Of a DNA stretch of 64,000 bases, positions 19,801 through 29,430 are shown one piece after another (position 1 is the first letter of the stretch; the number at the start of each line of letters is the position of its first letter). Made by a program: the position numbers and the translations under genes. This DNA comes from Myxococcota bacterium (lineage in GTDB: Bacteria; Myxococcota_A; UBA9160; UBA4427), in the NCBI GenBank assembly GCA_965250285.1, contig OZ252299.1, positions 1-64,000 of the forward strand. Reading direction: 5' to 3'. The notes beneath the pieces were generated by a model. The model was given only the letters and a program-made list of their open reading frames with translations, did no database searches and was not told the DNA's origin.

Positions 19801-21696
19801 GCGGTTCGCGCCGAGGTCGTTGCCGACGACGTGCGCCGAAAGCCGGTCCAGCGTCGTGACCAGCTCGTCGCCGTGCCCGAGCTCGCGCTGCAGGCCCGCC
19901 ATGTGCTCGAGCAGCTCGCGATCGTCGGCGTCCTGCATGCGCAGGCCATCGAGCCAGCCGAGCGCCTGCTCGTGTCGATTCGAACGCTCGAGGATCGGAA
20001 CGATCGCGAAGACGAGCTCGCGCATGCGGGTCGGGTCGTCGGTCACCCGGGCTTCGCGCTCGTAGGCGCGCAGCAGCGCGTCGTCGTCGCCCGAGTCGGC
20101 CGCGATGCGGGCGAGGCCGGCGAGCGCGACCGATTCCTCGGCGCGCAGCTCGAGCGCGCGCTCGAAGTACTGCACGGCCGCGTCGGGATCGCCGTGCTTG
20201 GTCAGGCGCAGCTCGCCCAGCGCGGCCAGCGCCCGTGCTCGGTCGTCGCTCTCGCCCTGCTCGCAGAGCGCCGACAGCAGCGCTTCGAGCGCGTCATCGC
20301 GGTCGAGCTCGCGGTACAGCCGCTCGAGATGCTTGAGCCAGGCGCTGCGCGGCGGCACCAGCTGGCAGGCCTGGGCCAGGGCGTCGGCTGCGTCGGCCTT
20401 GCGATCGAGGTCGCGCTCGTAGACCCGCGACAGCTCGGCGAGGCTCTCGGCCTGCACGTCGATGTCGTCGCTCGTTTCGATGCGCTGCTCGAGCAGCCCG
20501 GCCAGATCGGTGCCCGTACCGACCCGGCTCATCACGTCCGCGAGCGAGTCGGCGATCAGATCGTCGTCGGGCTTGCGCTCGTGTGCGCGCTTCAGCAGAT
20601 CGAGGGCCTGCTCGTCGTGGCCCTGATCGAGATGCAGCTCGGCCGCCTCGGCGAGCACGCCGGCCGGGGCGTTGGCCCCCGACAGCTCGATCACGCGATC
20701 GAGGGCCTGCAGCAGCGCCGCGTCGTCTTCTTGCTGGCGCGCCAACTCGGCCAGGGCGAAGTGCACCGACGTATCGTCGTGCGACAGCTCGGTCGCGCGC
20801 TCGAACCACATGCGCGCGGTCTCGACGTTCTGGAGTCGCTCCATCGCCATGTGGCCGGCTTCGATGGCGATCGCTGCGCGATGGCGGGCGCCGGCGGCGA
20901 GATCGAAGCGTCGCTCGTAGAGATCGGCGACGAGTGGCCACTGCTCCAGCGCCGCGGCGTTCACGAGCAGCGCCTCGACGGCCGGCTCGTTGCGCGGATC
21001 GTCGCTGATGGCGCGGCGAAAGCACTCGGTCGCGCGGTCTCGATCCTGGAGCGGACCCGCGTAGAGCTGGCCGAGGGCGACCAGCACCGTCGCGCGCTCG
21101 AGACCCCGGCGAATGTCGACGAGGCGTTCGTACAGCTCGGCGGCCTTCGCCGCGTTGCCCTCGGCCGCGACGGCCCCGGCGAGGCCTTCGAGGGCCGACT
21201 GTTGATGGGGGTCGGCGTCGAGGGCGCGCTCGAAGCACTGCTTGGCTTCGCCCGGATCCTCGAGGTAGTCGAGCCAGATCTTCCCCATGTCGGCCATGAA
21301 GACGGCGAGCTCGTGCGCCGGCATCTCGGTGCGGCTCTCCATCTCGGCGATCTGCAGCACCATGTCCCACTGCGTGCGCAGTTCGTAGACCGAGCGCAGC
21401 TGACGCAGCGCCGGGCGATAGGTGGGGTCGATGCGGATGATCTCGGTGTAGATCTCGGCCGCTTCGTCGAGTCGGTCGAGGCGGTCCTGCATCACCTGAC
21501 CCAGGCGGAAGAGCAGGGGCACTCGGGCGGCGGTGTCGTCGACGAGGCTCGGTGCCTCGAGTCGGCGGCGGCAGACGGCGACGAACTCGTCCCAGTCGCC
21601 CTCGAGGAAGAAGTGCTCCTGGAGCGCCTCGAACGCGCGGCGATCCTCGGGGTCCTCGGCCAGCGCCTGCCGGTTTCGATCCAAGAGCGTGCTCAC
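13801..21696 (-). CDS. Giant TPR-repeat protein (~2630 aa), myxobacterial AgmK/GltI-like architecture
   Basis: One uninterrupted frame of TPR helices (A...YR.AL.L.P....A...L..L). GTG start after AAGGGGGA. Confidence 0.85.
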   Translation of the reverse strand: MSTLLDRNRQALAEDPEDRRAFEALQEHFFLEGDWDEFVAVCRRRLEAPSLVDDTAARVPLLFRLGQVMQDRLDRLDEAAEIYTEIIRIDPTYRPALRQLRSVYELRTQWDMVLQIAEMESRTEMPAHELAVFMADMGKIWLDYLEDPGEAKQCFERALDADPHQQSALEGLAGAVAAEGNAAKAAELYERLVDIRRGLERATVLVALGQLYAGPLQDRDRATECFRRAISDDPRNEPAVEALLVNAAALEQWPLVADLYERRFDLAAGARHRAAIAIEAGHMAMERLQNVETARMWFERATELSHDDTSVHFALAELARQQEDDAALLQALDRVIELSGANAPAGVLAEAAELHLDQGHDEQALDLLKRAHERKPDDDLIADSLADVMSRVGTGTDLAGLLEQRIETSDDIDVQAESLAELSRVYERDLDRKADAADALAQACQLVPPRSAWLKHLERLYRELDRDDALEALLSALCEQGESDDRARALAALGELRLTKHGDPDAAVQYFERALELRAEESVALAGLARIAADSGDDDALLRAYEREARVTDDPTRMRELVFAIVPILERSNRHEQALGWLDGLRMQDADDRELLEHMAGLQRELGHGDELVTTLDRLSAHVVGNDLGANRREVAALHAAAGRDEQAIAAFEAATEASPRDVESLERLADGYRTLNRWDDLARVLRRWSDSLPNDRVAPVLDELSMILEERLDDVEAAIVVLWRLTSAPDCSTEARDRLARLLERTGRFEELAQHLLELRRAAGDDDEQAVAIDLRRGRLLLDQLGQLEEAAQIFRTLRTRHPECDEATVLLEQALRMGNDAGGLVVLLESKARDESDPIARAEIEFERASLLDESLGEREAAQAVYIELADQAEVPELAFKAEARLEQLLERRGDWATLRTRLERHLGESTEDADFMLHERLTALCRDRLDDVDAAAEHLEAMGRLRPEATETWRLLAQLYEDQGRTTDVLRVMESEIEQVESPERELVLRGRAADLIEQLDDDAEGDPRDRVADHWRRVLEIEPGHSRAAEYLVAHAEADGDADRMIELLRDRLERLDVETDAAARRSVRLRLAETLSGHLDDAEAAIDALTPGLEEPGDLVEIAVPLSTLYEQVGRAEEAAALCGQMADGVEANEERLQWRVREAELLEEAGSRHHAMRAYRQVLELAPTDRAARGALADLYRDLEEHESLAELLMVDLDTASVESQVPIRAELASVLARAGLRLEDALEHVKWVLDVEPDHEDALQVAVDLAERLDRHEDLAAILEARLTVERDPQLRASLLERRGDLLAGSLGMLDEAAAAYREALALAPDRSHARASMRGCLEQLGRWSAVLDCLHMEAGVLEGEARCDVLEHAITIAVEHLSTDAALPWLERLRVEKPEDPQIVSRIAELHGQGGRPEARLRALEAEIELSPEPARRRDLWMECARILERDLHAPGRAIAAYESARSCAPRDRSVLHELDRLYDMLGMPHERIQIIETLLLDAPQDDVERLHQAAAELQVSVFGDPHRAVPHQLHLVELAGDDETERLERLRSLGASLRASGAVDAWSRCAIEELSRIEREADERHRVAELRFELADVDRTHLARPDSAMAHLRELMALFDSTPTEAAGALSRDQRDRSERALIDLLRSCGHTVELAERLETRLGRDDLDATERLEGWRELARLRAERLHAPLGAAQAWEALIERDASDLEAIRGLRAAGELLRDWVRVGRGLELELEAGAPDDDSTHRPTALWRRLGEVRWRRLNELDGAAAAFAAALDVDASDLAALRALEHLCEERSAWSDALDHFDREIELLGEDDPARRREVWLRAGTIARDHVGDDARALRAYEAAAAIADLEAADLRDLAELHAALDAKEPFVDTFGDWCRHADASPSGEDALRLSGVLADLGRVPDALEWARMATELDARSATAWDTVADLCRRGADDAAAGEALERAATLLPPVEASKRLLDAALLVEDGDADLALERLRKAVEVEPGHALAHAARARIADRRQLDDEAEEAAGLALDAGTEAEAIDAETMLATALVGGRCALRQDRSEAASRFYGIALSLEPEETEALDAQSRILFDAGDLAPARPLLEARLAQSGDNPLRAEQEGLLARCLEEADEIDAALEHYAAALELAPDDAFAHEGTARIHEARDDAAAAFEALDRWLEHDAQAPSRARTHLRAADHLMTLGRTDEAESHLRKACDADASLGAAWARLVALLHDAERADAALEAATQAVPHLGDQPERASVAAIRGELLEAKGDREGAAEAYAIAAETDPRATVAVLAQARLLRNAGDWFAANQALQTFIEQHPDADDRALAPVHLERGRLLAGPMEDVDEALGAYERALELDPELTAAREPLAGLLARVPERWAEAVEHHAVLLRDDPLRNASLRALLEIARRRDLELSVQFGLALLRAVGLASPSEMSEASELLPVRLSPTPKLDDPLFETARRICSQARDEIAQVLDALGEGPAAAEGASGFDAALREALDEITAPAVCALPTEGLSSVVYTVTALAADPGGNCADSPYLHGLDRGLGRWTRRRIRKTLGEYSVREVQSLDYDAWRSAVRVLAARIAIDRSDGDLRAALIQLATGHDTQPASNADLSDWVEGSSDARALVARMVATWCEKIRRGL

Positions 21697-22044
21697 GACT
21701 TCCCCCTTCGGATGCGAGCGCGCGCGCCCGATCCATCGGCCCACCCCGCGATTCGGGTCACGGGGACACCTCTTCATCGGCCGCTCCGGCCTCTCACTTT
21801 GGCCTTTCATTCCGGATACTTGGGTTCTCGACTCGCGGGGCCCCGCGGCGTCGTCTGAGCGGGGGGCGTTCGCCCCTCATGCGTCTCGGCCGCGACGTGG
21901 TTGGCGCGGCCGCGCCGCGCTACACCCCGCTCCGCCGGCACACCGCCCCGCGGCCACCCGGCGCCCCCAGAAACACGGGCCGAGGCCCCGAAACCCCACG
22001 TTTTCGAGGGGTTGGCCGACCCCCGAGCCGGAGACCCCGAGGCC

Positions 22045-22887
22045 GTGCCCAGACCTGCCCCCGCCGAGGCGCCGCCGATTCGCACCGAGGCGATCGTCAC
22101 GGGCCACGAGGCGCGCGGCGGATCGAACCGCTGGATCGAGTGCGCAGTGCCGGGCTGGCCGGGCGCTCGGCCAGGGCAATTCCTGATGATTTCTCCTGGG
22201 CCCCTCGGGGCCGCGCCGACCAGCGACCCGCTGCTGCCTCGGCCGATGGCGGTGTTCCGGCAGCGGCCCGACCCCGACGCGCCGGGCTCGGCGCGGGTCG
22301 AGATCCTCTACAAGACCGAGGGGCGCGGAACCCTGCTGCTCGCCGGTGCCGAGGTCGGCGATCGCGTCGCGATCGTCGGGCCGCTCGGCCGGGGCTTCCC
22401 TGTGATCGAGTCGGGCCAGACCGCGCTGCTCGTCGGCGGCGGCACCGGGGTCGCGTCGCTCTACGAGCTCGCCGCATCGGCGCCCGCCGACGCCGATGTG
22501 CACGTGCTGCTCGGCGCCCGCAGCGCGGGCGACCTGATGGGGCACGCCGACTTCGAGGCGCTCGAGGGCATCGAGGTCGGGGTGGCCACCGAGGACGGCA
22601 GCCTCGGCACCCGCGGTCTCGTGACGGCGCTGCTCGAGCCCAAGCTGGCCGGGCAGGGGGACCGCGTCGTGTACGCCTGCGGCCCCACCCCGATGATGGC
22701 CGCGTGCGCCAGGCTCGCCGCGGCTGCCGACGTTCGCTGCTGGGTGTCGCTCGAGAACAACATGGCCTGCGGCTACGGCGTCTGCCTCGGCTGCGCCGCC
22801 CCGACGACGGGCGACGCCTACGCGCTCGTGTGTCGAGCGGGTCCGGTCTTCGACGCGGCCGAAGTCGGCTGGGAGGCGATGCCGTGA
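22045..22887 (+). CDS. pyrK: Dihydroorotate dehydrogenase electron transfer subunit
   Basis: RPGQFLM, GPLGRGF, LVGGGTG, YACGPTPM, MACGYGVCLGC...VC..GPVF. Start uncertain between 21901 and 22045. Confidence 0.9.
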   Translation: MPRPAPAEAPPIRTEAIVTGHEARGGSNRWIECAVPGWPGARPGQFLMISPGPLGAAPTSDPLLPRPMAVFRQRPDPDAPGSARVEILYKTEGRGTLLLAGAEVGDRVAIVGPLGRGFPVIESGQTALLVGGGTGVASLYELAASAPADADVHVLLGARSAGDLMGHADFEALEGIEVGVATEDGSLGTRGLVTALLEPKLAGQGDRVVYACGPTPMMAACARLAAAADVRCWVSLENNMACGYGVCLGCAAPTTGDAYALVCRAGPVFDAAEVGWEAMP

Positions 22888-23807
22888 CGGTCGTCGACCA
22901 GCGGGTGAATCTCGGCGGAATCGAGCTCAGAAACCCGGTTCTGACGGCTTCGGGCACATTCGGCTACGGCACCGAGCTCGCCCCGTTTCTCGATCTGCGC
23001 GCGATCGGAGGCTTCGTCGCGAAGAGCCTCACCTGGGAGCCGCGCATCGGCAACCCGCCGCCGCGCATCGCAGAGGCGCCCTCGGGCATGCTCAATGCGA
23101 TCAGCATCGAGAACGTCGGGGTCGAGGCCTTCCTCGAAGAGAAGCTGCCCGCGCTGCACGAAGACGTGGTCGTCATCGCGAGCACCTTCGGCACCGCACC
23201 CGAAGAGTATGCGCAGCTCGCCGAGCGGCTGGCGTCTTCGGATCGGGTCGCGGGCATCGAGATCAATGCGTCGTGCCCGCACGTGAAGGCGGGGGGCATC
23301 GAATTCGGCCAGGATCCGAACCTGCTCGCCGAGCTCGTTCGCACCGTGCGCGGCGCCGTCGGGTCGAAACCGCTGCTGATCAAGCTCTCGCCGAACGTCA
23401 CCCGCGTGGCCGACATGGCGCGGATCTGTGAAGCCGAAGGGGCCGACGGGCTCTCGCTGATCAACGCCGTGCAGGCCATGGAGGTCGACGTCGAGACGCG
23501 GCGGCCCGTGCTGCGCAACGTGTTGGGGGGGCTCTCGGGCCCGGCGATCCGCCCGATCGCCCTGCGCATGGTGTGGCAGGTGGCTCAGGCCGTGTCCCTC
23601 CCGATCTGCGGCATCGGCGGCATCATGAATGCCGAAGATGCGGTGAAGTTCCTGCTCTGTGGCGCGACGGCCGTGCAGGTGGGCACGGCGAACTACCTCG
23701 ACCCGACCGTCGCGGCCCGCATCGTCGATGGCGTCGCCGACTACGCGGCCCGCCACGGCTTCGGGCGCGTCGCCGACCTGACCGGCGCGCTCGAGCTGCC
23801 CGGTTGA
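22884..23807 (+). CDS. pyrD: Dihydroorotate dehydrogenase (family 1B) catalytic subunit
   Basis: NPVLTASGTFG, GNPPPR, INASCPH, KLSPNV, GGLSGPAIRP, VQVGTA. GTGA overlap with pyrK. Confidence 0.93.
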   Translation: MTVVDQRVNLGGIELRNPVLTASGTFGYGTELAPFLDLRAIGGFVAKSLTWEPRIGNPPPRIAEAPSGMLNAISIENVGVEAFLEEKLPALHEDVVVIASTFGTAPEEYAQLAERLASSDRVAGIEINASCPHVKAGGIEFGQDPNLLAELVRTVRGAVGSKPLLIKLSPNVTRVADMARICEAEGADGLSLINAVQAMEVDVETRRPVLRNVLGGLSGPAIRPIALRMVWQVAQAVSLPICGIGGIMNAEDAVKFLLCGATAVQVGTANYLDPTVAARIVDGVADYAARHGFGRVADLTGALELPG

Positions 23808-23893
23808 CCGGCCGATCGGGGGGCGTTCGGCCCGATTCGGCGCCGAGCGGGCCTCGACCTCGGACCGAGTCGCCTCGAGATGCGCTACGTCGG

Positions 23894-23922
23894 TTGCCAA
23901 GAACGGGCAATTCATATATTTT
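23894..23922 (+). promoter_or_regulatory. Putative sigma70 promoter of the rimP-nusA-infB operon
   Basis: TTGCCA-17 nt-TATTTT in a rare AT-rich patch. Confidence 0.45.
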
Positions 23923-24192
23923 GCGCGGGCTTACGAGAGCGCCCACCGGCGGGTGATCACACCCGGGGGCGGGTCTTTCGGGGTCGCGAAGCCGACGGGC
24001 TCCGTGCGAGGCACCGCGGTTCGTCGAACCGGGTGTGCGCACGACGTCGACGGTTTCGTGTGCTGCGGTTCACGCGGCGGAGCAGCCGCTCCGACGGGTG
24101 GACGGCCGGCGATCAGAGCGCGCATCACTCGTCCGATCGCCGGGCGCGGGATGCGGGGCGGGGGTCACCGAGAGTCGGTGAGCTCCCTTCTG

Positions 24193-24224
24193 AAAGTGGA
24201 CGCGCGTCCGCTTTTTTTGTTTTT
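24193..24224 (+). terminator. rimP-leader intrinsic terminator/attenuator
   Basis: AAAGTGGAC-gcgc-GTCCGCTTT followed by a T-rich tail, about 80 nt upstream of rimP. Matches the known rimP leader hairpin type. Confidence 0.75.
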
Positions 24225-24302
24225 GGGGATCGTCTCTTGCCCGTCTGGTTCGACGGGGCGGCGAGTGTCGATTCGAGTCGGACAGCGCTGGGGCGCGGGG
24301 CC

Positions 24303-24791
24303 ATGTACCACGACATCCCCGACGACCTGCGCGACCACATCGAACCGATCCTCGACGATCACGGCTGTGAGCTGGTGAACGTCGAGCGAACGGGAGGTCA
24401 GGGCAAGACGATCCTGCGCGTGATCGTCGACAACACGAGCGGGGACGGTCGCGTCGAGATCGACGCGCTCGCGCGCATGTCGCGCGAGATCGAAGCGCAG
24501 TTCGATGCGGCCGACGTCATCCCGGGCGCCTACGACCTCGAGTTGTCGTCGCCCGGTCTCGATCGTGTCCTCGCCCGCGAGAAGGATTTCGTCGCCTCGG
24601 TGGGCGACCAGGTGAAGCTGAAGGCGCGACGACCGGTCGACGGTCGAAGGCACTTCAAGGGAAGGTTGCTCGGTTTCGAAGCGGGGCTGCTTCGGATCGA
24701 GATCGACGGGAAGGACGTCTCGGTGCCCTTCGAGGCCATCGAGAAAGCGAACAAGATCTACGAGTTCAGCGCGGCCGACTTCGAGGGCTGA
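24303..24791 (+). CDS. rimP: Ribosome maturation factor RimP
   Basis: ILRVIVD, YDLELSSPGLDR, GRRHFKGRL. Upstream of nusA. Confidence 0.93.
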   Translation: MYHDIPDDLRDHIEPILDDHGCELVNVERTGGQGKTILRVIVDNTSGDGRVEIDALARMSREIEAQFDAADVIPGAYDLELSSPGLDRVLAREKDFVASVGDQVKLKARRPVDGRRHFKGRLLGFEAGLLRIEIDGKDVSVPFEAIEKANKIYEFSAADFEG

Positions 24792-24931
24792 GGCCGACGA
24801 CGCGGCCGGCGCGCGCCTTCGGGCGACCGGCGGGCGCGTTGCGGCGGAGCCGAGGCGCGAGATCGAACGAGACACGAACCGCATCGCCGCGACGGCGCGC
24901 GATGCAGGTGAGAAGGACTGGAGCCAGCGAG

Positions 24932-26335
24932 ATGCTTCCGAACCTGAAGCGAGAGATCGACCAGATTGCCAAGGACAAGGGCATCGACTCGATGGAGATC
25001 ATCGGCGCGCTCGAGGAGGCCATGAAGCAGGCCGCCCGCAAGCGTCATGGTCAAGAGAAGGAGATCGAGGCCCGGTACAACGACGAGCTCGGTGAGATCG
25101 AACTCTTCGAGTTCCTCGAGGTGGTCGAAGAAGTGAACGACCCCGATTCGCAGATCGGCCTCAAGCGGGCCCAGGCCGAGTTCGATCCCGAGGCCGAGGT
25201 CGGCGACGAGATCGGCGTGAAGATGGATACGACCGACTTCGGTCGCATCCTCGCCCAGGCTGCCAAGCAGGTGATCATCCAGCGCATCCGCGACGCCGAG
25301 CGCGACCAGACCTACGAGGAGTATCACGACCGCGAAGGCGAGGTCGTGAACGGCATCGTCCGCCGCTTCGAGAAGGGCGCGATCATCGTCGACCTCGGTC
25401 GGGCGGAGGCCGTGATCCCCGCGAAGGAGCAGGTGCCTCGCGAGAGCTATCGCCCCGGCGATCGCGTGCGCGCCTACGTGAGCGAGGTGGCCCGCGTGGC
25501 CAAGGGCCCGCAGATCGTGCTCTCGCGCGCTTCGATCGACCTGCTCAAGAAGCTGTTCGAGCAGGAAGTGCCCGAGATGTACGAGAAGATCGTGACGATC
25601 GAGAGCGCCGCGCGCGAACCGGGCGGCCGATCGAAGATCGCGGTGTCGTCGCGTGACAGCGACGTCGACCCGGTCGGCGCGTGCGTCGGCATGAAGGGCA
25701 GCCGTGTGCAGGCGGTCGTGCAGGAGCTGCGCGGCGAGCGCATCGACATCGTGCCGTGGAGCCCCGACGCCGCCCGCTACGTCTGCAGCGCCCTCAGCCC
25801 TGCTCAGGTCTCGAAGGTGATCATCGACGAGGACACGCAGTCGATGGACGTCATCGTGCCCGACGATCAGCTCTCGCTGGCGATCGGCCGTCGAGGTCAG
25901 AACGTGCGCCTCGCGGTGCAGCTGACCGGCTGGAAGATCGACATCAAGAGCGAGTCGAAGATGAAGGAGATCGCGCAGTGGCTGTCGCGCGCGGTGGGTG
26001 TCGTCGAGAACTGCGGTGACCCCGAAGCCGAGCTGCTCCTGCAGCAGGGCGTGACGTCGCTCGAAGATCTCGCCGAGTGCCCGGTCGAGATGCTGACGTC
26101 GCTGCCGGGGATCGACGAACAGGGGGCCGCGAACATCAAGGCTTCGGCCCTCGAGCTCGTCGACGTCAAGCGCGTCGAGGACGAGCGCAAGGCCGAAGAA
26201 GAGGCCAAGCGGGCCGCCGAGGCGGCAGCCGCCGAAGCGGCGGCGGCGGCCGCCGCGGTCGATGCACCGGCGGCCGAAGACGGCGCCGATGCAGCGGCGC
26301 CCGCCGAGGGGCCGCAAGCGGAGGCGGACTCGTGA
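24932..26335 (+). CDS. nusA: Transcription termination factor NusA
   Basis: FGRILAQAAKQVIIQRIR, AREPGGRSKIAV, GACVGMKGSR, LSLAIGRRGQNVRLA. Confidence 0.97.
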   Translation: MLPNLKREIDQIAKDKGIDSMEIIGALEEAMKQAARKRHGQEKEIEARYNDELGEIELFEFLEVVEEVNDPDSQIGLKRAQAEFDPEAEVGDEIGVKMDTTDFGRILAQAAKQVIIQRIRDAERDQTYEEYHDREGEVVNGIVRRFEKGAIIVDLGRAEAVIPAKEQVPRESYRPGDRVRAYVSEVARVAKGPQIVLSRASIDLLKKLFEQEVPEMYEKIVTIESAAREPGGRSKIAVSSRDSDVDPVGACVGMKGSRVQAVVQELRGERIDIVPWSPDAARYVCSALSPAQVSKVIIDEDTQSMDVIVPDDQLSLAIGRRGQNVRLAVQLTGWKIDIKSESKMKEIAQWLSRAVGVVENCGDPEAELLLQQGVTSLEDLAECPVEMLTSLPGIDEQGAANIKASALELVDVKRVEDERKAEEEAKRAAEAAAAEAAAAAAAVDAPAAEDGADAAAPAEGPQAEADS

Positions 26336-26471
26336 GCGGTGGGCCGGCCCACCGGGTGGCGGGTCGGTCATGAAATAGGGAACACGCCGGCGCGATCGAA
26401 CGCGAAGATCGCTGGCCGGATCACTCAGTGAACGGCTCTTCGGAGCCAGTACGGATCAAGACCAGGAATCC

Positions 26472-28952
26472 ATGGCCAACATCAGGGCATACAAGCTCGC
26501 AGAAGAGCTCGGCATCGAGAAGGACGACCTCGTCGAGCGCGCGCAGGGCATCGGCATCGAGCTGAAGAACGCAATGGCGTCGCTCGACGAGGACCAGGCC
26601 GACAAGATTCGCGAAGCCATCGGTGCGCCGCGCGCCAAGCAGCGCAACGTCACCGAGCGCCGCGTCGAAGGCAAGGCGGGCACGACCGTGCTGCGCCGCC
26701 GCCGCAAGGCCGCCCCCGAGCCCGAGCCCGAAGTGGTGCCCGAGCCCGAGGCGATCGTCGAGCCGGCCGCGGAAGAAGAGGATCAGGCGCTCGAGGGTGC
26801 CGTCGTCGAGCCGGTGGCCGACGAACCCGAGGCCGAAGAGCCCGCCGCCGAGGTCGACGAGCCCGAGGTGGCCGAGCCGGCTGCGGCCGAAGCCGATGCC
26901 CCTGCACCGACCGAGCAGCCTGCTGCCGCGCGCCCGGCGGCGCGCGTCGCCGAGCAGCCCGGCGGTGGTGCGGCCCAGGATCGCCGCGGCAAGCAGCGCA
27001 AGCGCGTCCGAGAAGTCGTCAACCTGCAGGAGCAGGAGCAGTTCGCGCGGCAGATCACCGACCGCGGTGGCCGCACCCGCCGCGTCACGACGGCGCCCGC
27101 GCGCCCCCAGACCAACCCGCGCCGCAAGCGCCGCGACAAGCTCGCGCCCGTCGCTGCACGCCCGACCTCGGAGCAGAAGAAGGTGATCAAGGTCCCCGGT
27201 GAGATCACGGTGGGCGAGCTCGCGAAGCTGCTCGGCCAGAAGGCGCCGCAGATTCAGGGTCGCCTGATGGCCCTCGGTACGATGGTGTCGATCAATCAGC
27301 TGGTCGACGTCGAGACCTGCAAGAAGGTCGCGCAGGAGTTCGGCTTCGAGGTGCAGGACACCGGGTTCAAGGAGGAGGAGTTCCTCGAGCCCGGCACGAC
27401 CGAGGTGGCCGAAGAGGCCCAGGTCGACAAGAGCCTGCCGCTGCGGCCGCCGGTGATCACCGTCATGGGCCACGTCGATCACGGCAAGACGACGCTGCTC
27501 GATACGCTTCGCAAGGCCGACGATCAGATCACCGAAGGTGAGGCCGGCGGCATCACCCAGCACGTCGGCGCCTATCAGGTCGAGCACGACGGCCATCGCC
27601 TGACGTTCATCGATACGCCCGGCCATGCGGCGTTCACGTCGATGCGCGCCCGCGGCGCCAAGGCGACCGACCTGGTCGTGCTCGTCGTCGCCGCGAACGA
27701 CGGCGTCATGCCGCAGACGGTCGAGGCCATCGAGCACGCCCAGGCGGCCGAGGTGCCGATCGTCGTCGCGGTGAACAAGGTCGACCTGCCCGACAGCGAT
27801 CCCGACCGCGTGCGCCAGCGACTCACCGAGCACAACCTCGTGCCCGAGGAGTTCGGTGGTGACGTCATCTGCGTGAACGTCTCGGCGAAGACCGGCGAGG
27901 GCATCGATCAGCTGATCGAGATGCTCTCGCTGCAGGCCGAGGTGCTCGAGCTGCACGCCGACCCCGAGCGCCGCGCGAAGGGTGTCGTGATCGAAGCCCG
28001 GCTCGACAAGGGCCGCGGCGCCGTCGCGACCGTGCTCGTACAAGAGGGCACGCTGCGACGGGGCGACATCATCGTCTGCGACACGTTCAGCGGTCGCGTT
28101 CGCGTGATGGAGGACGACACCGGCGCCAAGGTCAAGGAGGCCGGGCCCTCGATGCCGGTGCAGGTGGTCGGGCTGAATGGTGTGCCTTCGGCGGGTGCCG
28201 GTTTTCACGCGGTCGAGAGCGACCGGGTGGCGAAGCAGATCACGTCGCACCGCGAGGACAGCCAGCGCGGCCCGGTCGAGAAGCCGAAGCCGCGCCTCAC
28301 CCTCGAAGAGTTCTTCGCACAGGCGGAGGGCGACGGGCCGAAGGAGCTGCCCGTGGTGCTCAAGGCCGACGTGCAGGGTACCTGCGAGGCCGTGCGCGAC
28401 GCGCTCGAAGAGCTTTCGACCGAGGAGGTCACGCTGCGCATCCTGTCGAGCGGTGTGGGCGCGATCAACGAGAACGACGTCATGCTCGCGAAGGCCAGCG
28501 ACGCGATCGTCGTCGGCTTCCACGTGCGCCCCGATACGGCGGCGCGCCGCGCAGCGGACAACGACGGCGTCGACATCCGCAACTACACCGTGATCATGAA
28601 TCTCCTCGACGAGGTGCGGGACGCGATGGCGGGCCTGCTGCCGCCGACGATCAAGGAGAACATGCTCGGTCGGGCCGAGGTGCTGCAGACCTTCACGATC
28701 CCTCGCGTCGGCACGATTGCCGGTTCGCAGGTCGTCGAGGGCAAGGTCGTTCGCCACGCGCACGCACGACTCGTGCGCGACGGTGTGCAGGTCTACGACG
28801 GCACGGTCGGCTCGCTCAGGCGCTTCAAGGACGACGTCCGCGAGGTGATCAACGGCACCGAGTGCGGCATCGGCATCGAGAACTTCAACGACGTCAAGAT
28901 CGGCGATGTGATCGAGGTCTACGAGGTCGAGGAGGTGCCGGCGACGCTCTAG
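26472..28952 (+). CDS. infB: Translation initiation factor IF-2
   Basis: [47 protein letters not shown]. Confidence 0.98.
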   Translation: MANIRAYKLAEELGIEKDDLVERAQGIGIELKNAMASLDEDQADKIREAIGAPRAKQRNVTERRVEGKAGTTVLRRRRKAAPEPEPEVVPEPEAIVEPAAEEEDQALEGAVVEPVADEPEAEEPAAEVDEPEVAEPAAAEADAPAPTEQPAAARPAARVAEQPGGGAAQDRRGKQRKRVREVVNLQEQEQFARQITDRGGRTRRVTTAPARPQTNPRRKRRDKLAPVAARPTSEQKKVIKVPGEITVGELAKLLGQKAPQIQGRLMALGTMVSINQLVDVETCKKVAQEFGFEVQDTGFKEEEFLEPGTTEVAEEAQVDKSLPLRPPVITVMGHVDHGKTTLLDTLRKADDQITEGEAGGITQHVGAYQVEHDGHRLTFIDTPGHAAFTSMRARGAKATDLVVLVVAANDGVMPQTVEAIEHAQAAEVPIVVAVNKVDLPDSDPDRVRQRLTEHNLVPEEFGGDVICVNVSAKTGEGIDQLIEMLSLQAEVLELHADPERRAKGVVIEARLDKGRGAVATVLVQEGTLRRGDIIVCDTFSGRVRVMEDDTGAKVKEAGPSMPVQVVGLNGVPSAGAGFHAVESDRVAKQITSHREDSQRGPVEKPKPRLTLEEFFAQAEGDGPKELPVVLKADVQGTCEAVRDALEELSTEEVTLRILSSGVGAINENDVMLAKASDAIVVGFHVRPDTAARRAADNDGVDIRNYTVIMNLLDEVRDAMAGLLPPTIKENMLGRAEVLQTFTIPRVGTIAGSQVVEGKVVRHAHARLVRDGVQVYDGTVGSLRRFKDDVREVINGTECGIGIENFNDVKIGDVIEVYEVEEVPATL

Positions 28953-29016
28953 TGCCCAGGTGCTGGGCACGGGTGCCGTCGAGAACGAGCCGCAGCGGGC
29001 TTCAGGGTGGGCTCCG

Positions 29017-29418
29017 ATGATCGTCGGTGCAGCACTGATCGAGCTCCACGTGCACGGCTCGCACTCGCTCAAGGCGAAGCGCGGCGTCGTCAAGTCGCTC
29101 TCCGCCCGACTGAGGAACAAGTTCAACGTTTCGGTCGCCGAGGTCGGCGGTCAGGACACGTGGCAACGAGCGGTGCTCGGTCTGTCGGCCTGCGGCAGCG
29201 ACCCGCTGCGCGTTCGGCAGATCCTCGAGCGCGCGATCGACTTCGTCGAAGCGCAACACCTCGCCGAGGTGCGCGAGACGGACATCGAGATCCTCACCCT
29301 CGACCACGAGGCGGGGGCCGGGCTCTCGGACGACGACACGCCCTGGCGAGCGGGCGAACGCGAGGTCGGTGAGCTGCCCTGGCGCGCCGAGGACGAGGAC
29401 GCCGGGAGCGCGGAGTAG
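29017..29418 (+). CDS. DUF503 (YlxP-like) protein
   Basis: SLKAKRGVVKSL..RLRNKFNVSVAEV..QDTWQR. Lies between infB and rbfA. Confidence 0.9.
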   Translation: MIVGAALIELHVHGSHSLKAKRGVVKSLSARLRNKFNVSVAEVGGQDTWQRAVLGLSACGSDPLRVRQILERAIDFVEAQHLAEVRETDIEILTLDHEAGAGLSDDDTPWRAGEREVGELPWRAEDEDAGSAE

Positions 29419-29430
29419 GACGTCTGCACG

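Noticed and set aside
14116..21858. Very long + strand ORFs (1242 and 1316 aa) opposite the TPR gene, and similar ones opposite infB and pnp
   Set aside because: Antisense shadows caused by high-GC codon bias, with no recognisable motifs.
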